Shown here: piece after piece, positions 53,864 through 64,000 of the stretch
How the letters are laid out: each line of letters begins with the position of its first letter
How positions within the stretch are numbered: the stretch's first letter is position 1
NCBI GenBank assembly: GCA_951406725.2
Contig: OX597815.1
Coordinates: 211,296,001-211,360,000, forward strand
Direction: 5' to 3'
Source: Octopus vulgaris
Taxonomy: Eukaryota
Length of the DNA: 64,000 nucleotides
The notes under the pieces: generated by a model
What the model was told of the DNA's origin: nothing
Seen by the model: the letters and a program-made list of their open reading frames with translations, nothing else
Database searches by the model: none
Translations under genes and position numbers: made by a program

Positions 53864-54093
53864 GGAGATAGAGGTTGTGAGCACAACCCACCATGGGATA
53901 ACATATATCCCATGCCAGTAAAGCAAGAACATCTATATGTATATTGTTGTATATTATTAGGTATATGTGTATATATATATATAGGAACATGGGTATATGT
54001 ACTCATATGTATGTGTATATTATATATTATGGGTATGTACCCACTCTTGTATGGGTGTACCTCCTCTTATATTCATATTTGGATTGTACTTTA

Positions 54094-54224
54094 TAATTTC
54101 TGAAGAGGCCTAAGGATATTTTTGTAAGTGTCTCATTTATAACCACATATTAACTTATCACACCTAGCTAATATGAGCAAAATGAGATACCCATATCTAC
54201 ATGGCTGAAACAGCTGTAAGGTTA
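54094..54224 (+). ncRNA. Type I hammerhead ribozyme with ~90 nt stem II insertion (Penelope-type)
   Basis: UAAUUU-CUGAAGA-GGCC...GGCU-GAA-ACAGCUGU-A-AGGUUA with palindromic stem III; internal helix GTCTCATTT/AAATGAGAT. Confidence 0.65.
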
Positions 54225-54422
54225 GTTTATATATATATTTATATATATTCACTTATACATATTGTACTTATTGTATCATATTACTCATTGATGTGCATTG
54301 TTTTGTTCTGTACTATTATGTTTGACCTTGATGTTCATATGTAGTTGGTTAATAAATTATGTGATTGGGTATTATCTGGTAGTTGATTATTGATTAAGGT
54401 GTATTTCTCCATTTTCTTATTT

Positions 54423-54467
<45 letters not shown>

Positions 54468-54471
<4 letters not shown>

Positions 54472-54824
54472 GTAAAATTAATTAGTCAATTAATAATTAA
54501 TAATTTTACCAAGTAGTTTGGTATGTTAAAAGAACCATTATCAGTAAACTTATACAAAAATTCTGTAATTATAAACATAATTATAATTAGGGTTCAGCAA
54601 AATTGCTTCACATTTTTTCTCTTTGCCTGCATAAATTGGGAGTAAGTATTTCAACTGCTATTTCTAAATTTCAGTATGTGGTGAAGCAATTTTGCTGAAC
54701 CCTAATTATAATTATGCTCATAATTATAGAATTTTTGTATAAGTTTACCGATAATGGTTCTTTTAACATACCAAACTACTAGGTAAAATTATTAATTATT
54801 AATTCATTAATTAATTTTACCCTT
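54468..54824. repeat. Inverted repeat, ~143 bp arms with ~70 bp spacer; third partial arm at ~54950-55035
   Basis: AAGGGTAAAATTAATT...TGCTTCAC pairs with GTGAAGCA...AATTAATTTTACCCTT. Confidence 0.9.
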
Positions 54825-55044
54825 TATTATTATTGATAATACAATTGACTCCATGATAGTAAACTGCAGTTTCTGTGGGATTACTCATAGCACATGTGGG
54901 GGATTGAGGAAGAATGCGAGTTGGGAGTATCGCTCTCTTATGTTAGTGGAATAGTATTTTAACTGCTATTTCTAAATTTCGGTATGTGGTGAAGCAATTT
55001 TGTTGAACCCTAATTATAATTATGCTTAAAATTGTAGAAGTCGA

Positions 55045-55388
55045 TGCCAGCACCACCTCGACTGGCTTCTGTGCCGGTGGCACATAAAAAGCACCATCCG
55101 AATGTGGCCGATGACAGCGCCGCCTTGGCTGGCTTCCGTGCCGGTGGCACGTTAAAAGCACCAACCAATCGTGGCCGATGCCAGACTCCCCTGGCACCTG
55201 TGCTGGTTGCACGTAAAAAGCATCCACTACACTCTCGGAGTGGTTGGCTTTAGGAAGGGCATCCAACTGTAGAAACACTGCCAGATCAGACTGGAGCCTG
55301 GTGCAGCCTCCTGGCTTCCCAGACCCTGGTCAAACCGCCCAACCCATGCTAGCGTGGAAAACGGACGTTAAACGATGATGATGATGAT
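55045..55388 (+). mobile_element. Retroposon family D
   Basis: Three internal units plus the (GAT)n tail. Confidence 0.8.
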
Positions 55389-55715
55389 ATATATATACAT
55401 ATATAAACAGAACACTGGGTTATCTAGTATTGCTACAACTGTTTCATTAGCAGTCTTTACAGTGATATAATACAATTAGTTAAGATGGCATGCCATGTTA
55501 TGTAACTCCCAACACAACCAAATTAACAAATGGCAGAGACTTGTTGATTAATCTACAAATCATCAACAATTAGAATTGTGGATTACATAACAACAATTAG
55601 AACTTCACTCATTAATTCATCCTCTGCCGCAATAATTTTTTTCTATCCAATTCATGTGGCATGCTTTACTTTGATATGCCTTGATCCGTTATGGATCCCC
55701 TGTAATCAAAGCTAT

Positions 55716-55754
<39 letters not shown>

Positions 55755-56916
55755 TGCCAAGATTAATCAGCTGAAATTGTGAGGATGATCCGGTTCTTGA
55801 CTGAAGATTAGAGGCTTCGAATGACCCGTCCGTTTTTTGTGTCGTCTATTTGAGTGTTTTGCGTTCTTGTCCCATTTTGTATTTTTATATATATATTTAT
55901 ATGTATATATATATATATATATATATCATATGTATATGTATATACACACACATACATACATATGTACACACACACATTACTTGTCTCTGTCCTTAGACTT
56001 CAGCCATGCTGGGACATCTTGGAAAAATTTAGTCAAATGAAATGACCCCAGTTCTTCTTTTTAATCCAGGTAGTTATTTAATTTTATCAGTGTTTTTGTT
56101 ACAACGATGTAAACAAACCAACACTAGTTGTCAAACAATAGTGGGGAACACACATACAGTGACACCACGCACATATATGTATGTATGCATACGATAGGCT
56201 TCTTTCAGTTTCCATCTACCAAATCTACTCATTAGGTTTCTGTTGGCCCACTGCTATATAGCAAGGTGCCACACACTGGGACTGAAACCTGGTTGGGAAA
56301 AAAGCTTCTTTATTTTATCAAATTTGCCATAAAGGCAGAACATAGATTAAGGTAGCTTGCGGGTTGGACACGGACATTAATGAGGTAAATGATAATGATA
56401 AAAGGATGGGAGAAGACGAAAAGCACCTGCCGACTTTTGCTTCTCTAAAACATTGTTCTTTTTTAAAAAATACTGAATGGGAAAGAAGCTTCTTACCAAA
56501 CAGCTATGCCTGCGCCTATTTAGGATTATTTTGTCTGAGACAATTTCTCTATTGTTGGTGCCACTGTAAAGAATAGAGACACTGTAAACTCTACAATATG
56601 GTTTGGGACTGGAATGACATCCTGCAGGTGAAAGCAAGTCAAAGATGGCTCTTGTGAGGAACACTGGAACACCAACCATAAACCAGATTGCATTTTGAAT
56701 GTCTCAGAGGAAAAACTCTCAGAATAAGAACAGATGTAGGGTGGAGGACATGAAATAATTTTTCTGGTGACAACAACATCATAAAACGTATTCAGTGCGT
56801 GTGAGTGTATGTGAGGTGGGAGGCAAAGATGACATAGACCGCGTGGATAAAAGGCAATAAAATGATGACAATGGTGATAAAGATGATGATGAAGATGATG
56901 TGTTAAAGCTACTTAC

Positions 56917-57062
56917 GGTGGGTTGTCACAGTAACGCTGCCGGTTAGAAACGCCAGCACCACAACTCGTTGTGCATTTCGTCCACTCTCCCCATTCGCCC
57001 CATTCTCCGTTGATAGATTGAGGTCGGTCACCGATAGTGACGCATTCACCGTCGAAACACCA
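56917..57062 (-). CDS. ADAMTS exon: end of disintegrin-like domain and first half of TSR1, WCFDGECVTIGDRPQSINGEWGEWGEWTKCTTSCGAGVSNRQRYCDNP(P)
   Basis: CATTACAG acceptor, GTAAGT donor; 146 nt, phase 0/2. WxxWxxW and CxxSCG thrombospondin type-1 motifs. Confidence 0.95.
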
Positions 57063-57829
57063 CTGTAATGTTGAGAAAATATCAGAGATGATGTGACAGC
57101 AAAGAAAATATTAGTTTTATCAAAAATTTGGAAGCTGACTAATATTTTCGGTCAGGTTTTTACCATAGAGTTATTTCCCTTAATAAAGATTACCTTAAAA
57201 GTTATTTCCCTTGCTATATTTTCGCTTAATATTTTGTATCTTAGTTAAGAACACTACTCGCTTTTATTCATATTGGTTGATTAATACATTTTAAGGAAAC
57301 AAATCGCGTCATTGCACATAGAAATTTTGAAATTACATTTTCAGGACACACATCAGCAAATGAAGGAATTTAAATGACTGCATATAATCAAGTCACTTGG
57401 CTTGACATATACATACATACATATATATGTGTCGGCCTTTTGTGACCTATACTACTTTAACAAATCTCTCCTTATGACTAAATATATGGCATTATTTGAC
57501 CTGATGCTAGTTGTTTGTCTGGTTATTCTTTTATTATATTATTCATGTACCTACCCAACTGAAACACTACCAACAACCAATTTACATTCGGCAGCTTTAA
57601 CATACCTGCTTTTTTAGTTGCAGCTGGAATTGGGGTTTAGGCAGTAAGTCAACCTAACCACTGCTTGGAAGTACTTATTACCCTACATCATCGAACATAA
57701 TATTACCTGAATTATATATATATTTGCCACCTAAATGTGGCTATGGGTTGATGCTATTGATGCTTGTAACCCCAGAAAGACATCATCTCCAGCTGGCTAC
57801 TGACACACTATCTGAGTCCTATCGAATTA

Positions 57830-58122
57830 AGGAGCACTCCATCGGTTACGAAGACGAGGGTTCCAGCTTGCTTGTGAAATTAACGTGAAGTGACTGAGCA
57901 ATCCACAGGCACGTGTACCCCTAACGTAGTTCTCAGGGAGATTCAGCGTGACACAGAGTGTGACAAGGTTGACCCTTTGAAATACAGATACTACTCATTT
58001 TTGCCAGCTGAGCAATGTGAAATAAAGTGACTTGCTCAAGGACACAATGCATTGCCGGTAATCGAACTCACGACCTTACAATCGTGAGCTGAATGCCCTA
58101 ACCACTAAGCCACGCACCTTCA
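57830..58122 (-). mobile_element. SINE (B'-like head, tail X)
   Basis: GTGGCTTAGTGGTTAGGG..GAGTTCGATTACC head; tail shared with 13655-13830. Confidence 0.75.
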
Positions 58123-59361
58123 CAGGAGCTAGGAAATCACTTTCATTGGGTTACAGTCGTTTATGTTATGAAGAACATTACACTCAGACCTGAGTACTTG
58201 TGTAATATCTTACAGCTTCCTCAGAGCCATTTGGATGATGTTTATGTTTATACTGGCAACTAAACCTATTTCCCTACTTGGTTTACCAGGTGAAAAATGT
58301 GTTGTGGAGACTGCAGGTTTAGTACAAGACCTGTCAAAGGACGGTTGCTCTCTTCATGAACCATCAGCCAATCACACAAGTGATGTCTTGTAAAAACATC
58401 CTGCATCTGGTCTAAGACTGTAGCCATGAAAGCCCCAATGAAAGACATACTGTGCAGGAGCTGACATCCATGAGTGCTGTGGTGTAGAGCAAGGAGAAGA
58501 CTTATTTGAAGATGCTATTTGCCTCCTTATTATAATAACATACTCTTCAAAAGACAAACATTCCTCCAAAGAAACTTTTAATTAGTTGCAGTCTAAAGCA
58601 AAATTAAAAGCAAAAGTTTGTTAAGGGAAATGGAAAATTGAATTAAGCCATTTATTGTGACTGAAGCAGAAAGGTCGTTATGGCATCAGATGCTGAATTA
58701 GAGTGAGAGCTTGTTTCATTTCCATTACAGTTAATATAAACCATAACACAGTGACTGAAACGGATCATTGTGGTGCAGCTTCTTTACTTTAAAGGTTTAC
58801 ATGTAGAAAATACTAGCATCAAGGCGAGTTTTGTTAATTTGCAAACACTAAAGTTATTAAAAGGTAATAGGATGATTAATCGAAATTAAATTAGCATGGG
58901 TTTAAGTAAATGTCATTAGAATGCAGTTAAGAGCATAGATACAGGGTCTTTATTCATTAATCAAGAAATGAGAGGTATTTGACTAAAGAACTTATAGTGT
59001 GAAGCTATCCATTCCAGAAAGGGACACTGTATCAAAAGTAACTTTTGATATCAGCAGAGAAGTGAAATTACTACAAGAAGTGAGTATGTAAGTATGTATC
59101 ATGCTAGTACTTTTTCTTCTGATACGGTTCAAAGTTATACAAGAGTGAGAAATCCATAAAAGAGTAAAGTCCATGCATTGAGTATTCTGGCAATTTAGCA
59201 TATTCTTAAGTAAAAAAAAACAAAAAAAAAACATTGGTTCTAATCAAGACCTTAGTTTTCTTAATCGCAGTTGTTTGGGATTATCAATTATTGCAAATGA
59301 TTTTCATTTCGGAGATGTACTTGCATAGCAAGTGACCTGATCTGACTTCGTGTGCTGGAAC

Positions 59362-59668
59362 AAAATCAATTGCAGTGTGGAAGGTGTTTGTAAGCCATTT
59401 AAGAAACACACAAAAGCTGCTCGATTCACTTCAACATTTAAGTTTAATTTGTCAAAATATTTTTGTCGCTAAAATCCGCGACCTGTTCACTGACAAGAAT
59501 TCGTGCTGCATCTCTTGATGCAGCACGGATTTTTGTCAGTGAACAGGTTGCGGTCTTAAAGCGACGAAAATATTTTGACAAATTAAACTTAAATGTTGAA
59601 GTGAATCGAACGGCTTTTGTGTGTTTCTTAAATGGCTTACAAACACCTTCCACGCTGCAATTGATTTT
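59362..59668. repeat. Foldback palindrome, ~150 bp arms, 4 nt loop
   Basis: Centre GCTGCATC-TCTT-GATGCAGC; the mirror-image ORFs 59444 (-) and 59463 (+) reflect this symmetry. Confidence 0.93.
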
Positions 59669-61749
59669 CATTTCAATAATTGTTCAATGATCATACTGAA
59701 TTGTGCTATTAAAAAATTTAACAAATTATGGATGATTACATAGATTGACCCACAACTGTTATTCACTTTTGATTTATCTGAACCTTAATTCTAATATTTC
59801 TTAAATTTCACCAAATAAAATGTTTAAGGGAGTGAGCAAGTCAATTACATTGACCTCCAGTACACAACTGGTACCTATTTTATTGACCTCAAAAGGATGA
59901 AAGGCAATGGAGATTTGACTACATAGTCTCCTTCAAAAACAGCACAAATATTGATATCAATAGAAAAGTTTTGATACATGACCAGTCACAATCTGGGTCT
60001 CATAACACTGCTTATCTCTCATGGTAACACCATTTACATAACATTGCCAAAACAGCATCCTTAAGGTTAATTTACATCTTCTAAGCCAGACGATGCTCAA
60101 AAGACCTTATCAGCCCTGAAATAAGAACCATGTACAGATCACAGGTTTGAGACAATGCTGCTGCCGAACACAGAGGTGCATACCTGACCACATCCAAAAT
60201 AAAACCTGTTAATCAGGTGGCAAAGAATTAATCATCATCATCATCATCATCATCGTTTAGCGTCCGTTTTCCATGCTAGCATGGGTTGGACGGTTCTACT
60301 GGGGTCTGTGAAGCCAGAAGGCTTCATCAGGCCCAGTCAAATCTGGCAGTGTTTCTACGGCTGGATACCCTTCCTAACGCCAAAATTACAGACTATATTC
60401 CTAACAATAACAGACTATATTCCTAGCTCTCAGGTATGCACTTTCTTCACCTGGTCTCTTCTGCTGTAACTACTATCGCCTCTGTCCTAAACAAACTAAC
60501 TGCATAACCAAAACAATTTCTCCTTCTCTTGCATCACTTTGTGCATCAATGTTTCATCCTTCTTTCTCAGATATTTCTTCTCCATCCACGTTTTCATTGC
60601 AGATATTCAAACTGTATACCGACCACACAATTTCACCAGCCTGAGGCATCTAAAAAGTTCCTCTCTATTGCCCCTCCACCTCTAACTAACATTTACAAAA
60701 GACTATTGATTAAATAACTTCAGCAGCTTCTTAATTTTATTGCATCTTTCCAGTGCCTGTGGAAAATATCTTTAGCTCAGACTGATATATTAAAACTTTC
60801 CAGAATCTGAAGAGTTTAATGATAGAATTGCTTTTAAGTACAAGTTGCAATTAGCATGTAGTTTATTTTTCACCATTCAGCTGAATAAAAAAGAACTATA
60901 CTAAAATTACATAATTTGAAGAAAACAGTTTATGTAAGAACTATTGTAAGTAGTAAGTGGCACTCTAAATAATGATGTACACATGAAGAATACAGTTTTA
61001 TGAAAGTATTTCTCACTCATGTACAATGACAGAATAATTCTACAAATTATATTATATTTAATCAATTATCTGTTAAGTTAAGCCATGAAACAAGAAACTA
61101 TGATTAGATTATAATTTTTCATGCTATTAATTTCATCTGTAGAGGCTAACATATTTCAATATTTACATCTACACTATACTTTCATAAATTTTATCTCTGA
61201 TCATTAGGTGTCTTGGATACTGTACAAAGTATCAGCCCTAATTAGAAGTAGGGAACTTTTTCTTTTAATATTTTTAATTTAAGCACCACTAGTATAGGGG
61301 ATATGAAATTAGTACTCTTGGTTTAAAAATAAAGCTTCCTAGTTCACATCTAATATGGTGCTGTTACATAAATATTTAGAAATAAGACATCTAATGATAT
61401 CTGGAAATCAAAGTAATTAAAATATAGTGTAGATGTAAATATCAGGAAAACAGTTTCATGCCTAAAGGATTGTAGTATAAAAAAGGATAATCTTACAAAT
61501 AATAACTTATCTCAGACATATAGACAATTAAGTAAGAAACTAATTCTAAATTTACCATCCAAAAGCCACGTGCGCAAAAATCTCAAATTTAAACAAAGAG
61601 AGTATAGTCAACAATTTGACCTTATTCTCACCAGGTACTTGTTTTAACAAATTAACAGGAGATAGGGCAAAACTTATTGTAAAGGATTTGGTCAAATAGC
61701 GTTTACACATTTTTTGATTTCTCCAATTAGAGGAATAATATTGATTTCA

Positions 61750-61955
61750 AATTTTGGTACCAGGCCAGCAATTTAGGAGGAGGGGCTAAGTCAATTATAT
61801 CAGTCCCAGTGTTCAACTGGTGCTTATTTTGTTGACCCCAAAAGGATGAAAGCCAAAGTCAACCTCAGCAGAATTTAAACTCAGAACATAAAGACAGGCA
61901 AAAAGCCACAAAGCATTTTGTCTGGCAGGTTTACAGTTCTGCCCGTTTGCTGCCT
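61750..61955 (-). mobile_element. SINE family C
   Basis: Family core present on the minus strand. Confidence 0.72.
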
Positions 61956-62331
61956 TAATTAGAGGAGTGATATTACCATCGTTAAAACTTCACAGTCTAC
62001 ATGTATATACAGAATTGAATTATCTCAATACTTGTAATAATTTGTCAAATTCCTCCTATTGTTTTGAATTAGATCATCTACAGAGATGAAGAATTGGGCA
62101 TGGATGATCTATAAAGGTAGATATCTGGTTACTTTTACTACAAAGTAGCTGTGTGGTTTTAAAGAATTTATTTGCATCCACACATTCCTGAACATGTGTC
62201 TTCTAGTTGAGCCTTGATTCAACCGAAGTGTTTTGAATGAAATTTGGCAAAGAGAAACTGTCGTGACGTTCTTGTCAATAAGTGTGTGGGATGAACAAAA
62301 ATCACTATGTCAAACAAGAAGTATTTTGAAA

Positions 62332-62791
62332 TCTATTATATAAAATCCATTCTGTCTGTCTGTGTGTGTGTTTTCTAGGATCTCGGGCATCCTCCATCCG
62401 ATTGCGCTCAAATTTGATTTGTAGGTACCGACGGTATCAGGGCGTGTATAAGTCTTGAAAAAATTACAAAAATCGATTCCAGGTGAGAATGCGATCGATA
62501 AAGCCGTGGGAACGTTCATTTGTATGTGCAAGTACATCAGCTGTTGTGATGTACTTACTGGTACTTTAAACTCTTCAGTTGCATATTTGTGAGAATAAAA
62601 TCATTTTTCTTTCGAATAGAAAAAAAGTCTGTTTGTTTCTTCTTTTGCTGGTGTCTCAAATTTAGGTTAAATCAGTGTTTCTCAAAGGAGAGGCCTATGG
62701 GACGGTTGGACAAGTTGTTTGGAGAAAATTTGGTTTTAATGTTTGACAACTCAGCACCGTCAATTGGATGGGGTGGGGGATGTTTTGCTCG
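62332..62791 (+). mobile_element. Helitron-like element, family 3
   Basis: A|TC start, CCGTCAATTGGATGG hairpin, CTCG|T end; inverse match to 47084-47452. Confidence 0.7.
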
Positions 62792-63078
62792 TAATTAACT
62801 AAAACTTAAATTATATCCTTTTATACCAAGTTTGAATTCAATTTTCGCCCCTAATGAAAATGATAAAATAAGTACCAGACAAGGTAATATGGTCAATACC
62901 ATTGACTACAACCCTCTAAGTTGTTGCTCCAGCATGGCTGCAGTGCAATGATTTAACCCAGTAAAAACAAAAAAATTAGTATATAAGTCATATGGCAAAA
63001 ACCATTTCCGGCCAGATAATTTCAGCAAAATCTTCTTTGAAAGTCTAAAGTTAGTATGCAACCATACTTGCCATGTAC

Positions 63079-63171
63079 CTTGTTCCTGCCACAGATAGTG
63101 CCTTCTGCAGCAGGCTCACGCTTTGTTGTACAAGTCTTGTTTACGTGACACCACAGGTAAGAGCAAATATT
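63079..63171 (-). CDS. ADAMTS metalloproteinase exon (first in window): disintegrin-like domain, NICSYLWCHVNKTCTTKREPAAEGTICGRNK
   Basis: Manual minus-strand translation. TTTGTAG acceptor and AAG|GTACAT donor; 93 nt, phase 0/0. The LWC...AAEGTxCG motif is typical of the ADAMTS disintegrin-like domain. Confidence 0.9.
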
Positions 63172-63290
63172 CTACAAATATAGCAACAAAGAAATATTAG
63201 CAAATAGAACAATACACATATATACATTCATACATATTTCATTTTGGGATTTGGTCTGCAAGATTCTTTATATGAGTTCGTGTGTTGAAG

Positions 63291-63581
63291 CATATTCTGT
63301 TGTGTCTGGGGTATCACATTCTCTTTTAGTGCCTTATAATTTAACACACTCACCAGTAAAATTTCCACTTATTTCTTTTTTATTTTTCTAAAATTTTCAT
63401 TGCATCTTGTAACCTTTTCAATAGTTTTTTTTTTTTTTTATGAAAGTCAAAACTATTGAAAAGGTTACAAAATGCAACGGAAATTTTAGATAAATAAAAA
63501 AGAAATAAGTGGAAATTTTACCAGTGAGTGTGTTAAATTATAAGTCGCTAAAAGAAATGACTCTCCCCAGACACAACAGAA

Positions 63582-63585
<4 letters not shown>
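63291..63585. repeat. Foldback palindrome, ~137 bp arms, about 120 bp upstream of an ADAMTS exon acceptor
   Basis: ATTCTGTTGTGTCTGGGG...TTTTCAATAGTTTT pairs with AAAACTATTGAAAA...CCCCAGACACAACAGAAT. Confidence 0.92.
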
Positions 63586-63637
<52 letters not shown>

Positions 63638-63898
63638 TGTATATATTTACGAAGTCTAGACAGATATCTTCAGCTAGCAGGCCATGCTACTCTAGACTGG
63701 TGACGGGCAAGACCCAGAAACATGCGTGTCTCTAGATGCAGGCCTAGCTGTTGGGGGTGCTTGTCTCCCCTTTGTAAATATATAAGGACACAGGAAATGT
63801 GTTAAGGCCAACAGGAAGCGTCGATGCTTCCTAGGGCTAAACAGCGGTGGTGCAATTCCCTTACAGGACTGTCACGTTAAGTTGACAGTATGCAACCA

Positions 63899-63937
<39 letters not shown>

Positions 63938-64000
63938 AATACATGGGTTTGAAGGGTCTATGCAACATTGTTTGTTGTGTGTGTGCAGCAATGTTCTCAC

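Noticed and set aside
59444-59690. Pair of similar antiparallel ORFs
   Set aside because: A trivial consequence of the palindrome.
63062-63078. Alternative donor (GTATGG) for the 63171 exon
   Set aside because: It gives phase 2, which is incompatible with the phase 0 start of the next exon.

Overview
AT-rich, repeat-saturated eukaryotic (animal) genomic DNA. The SINE, microsatellite and Penelope landscape suggests an octopus/coleoid cephalopod (inference). The only host gene visible is the middle part of a large minus-strand ADAMTS metalloproteinase gene: six phase-compatible GT-AG exons (63079-63171, 56917-57062, 48481-48544, 25560-25665, 21892-22019, 19130-19250; 658 nt) encoding the disintegrin-like, TSR1 and Cys-rich domains. 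The gene runs off both ends of the window. The rest is intronic: at least four SINE families (nested, tandem and chimeric copies), decayed RLE-type (R4/Dong-like), CR1 and RTE LINE pieces, Tc1/mariner fossils (one DD36E), non-autonomous Helitrons, piggyBac-like MITEs and very long microsatellites. The most notable unexplained pattern is a set of long foldback palindromes (arms of about 45-150 bp). Several carry outward-facing minimal hammerhead-ribozyme motifs with non-canonical cores (CCGANGA, UUGANAA), and stand-alone Penelope-type hammerheads occur elsewhere in the window. Nearly all ORFs in the supplied track are microsatellite or repeat artefacts.
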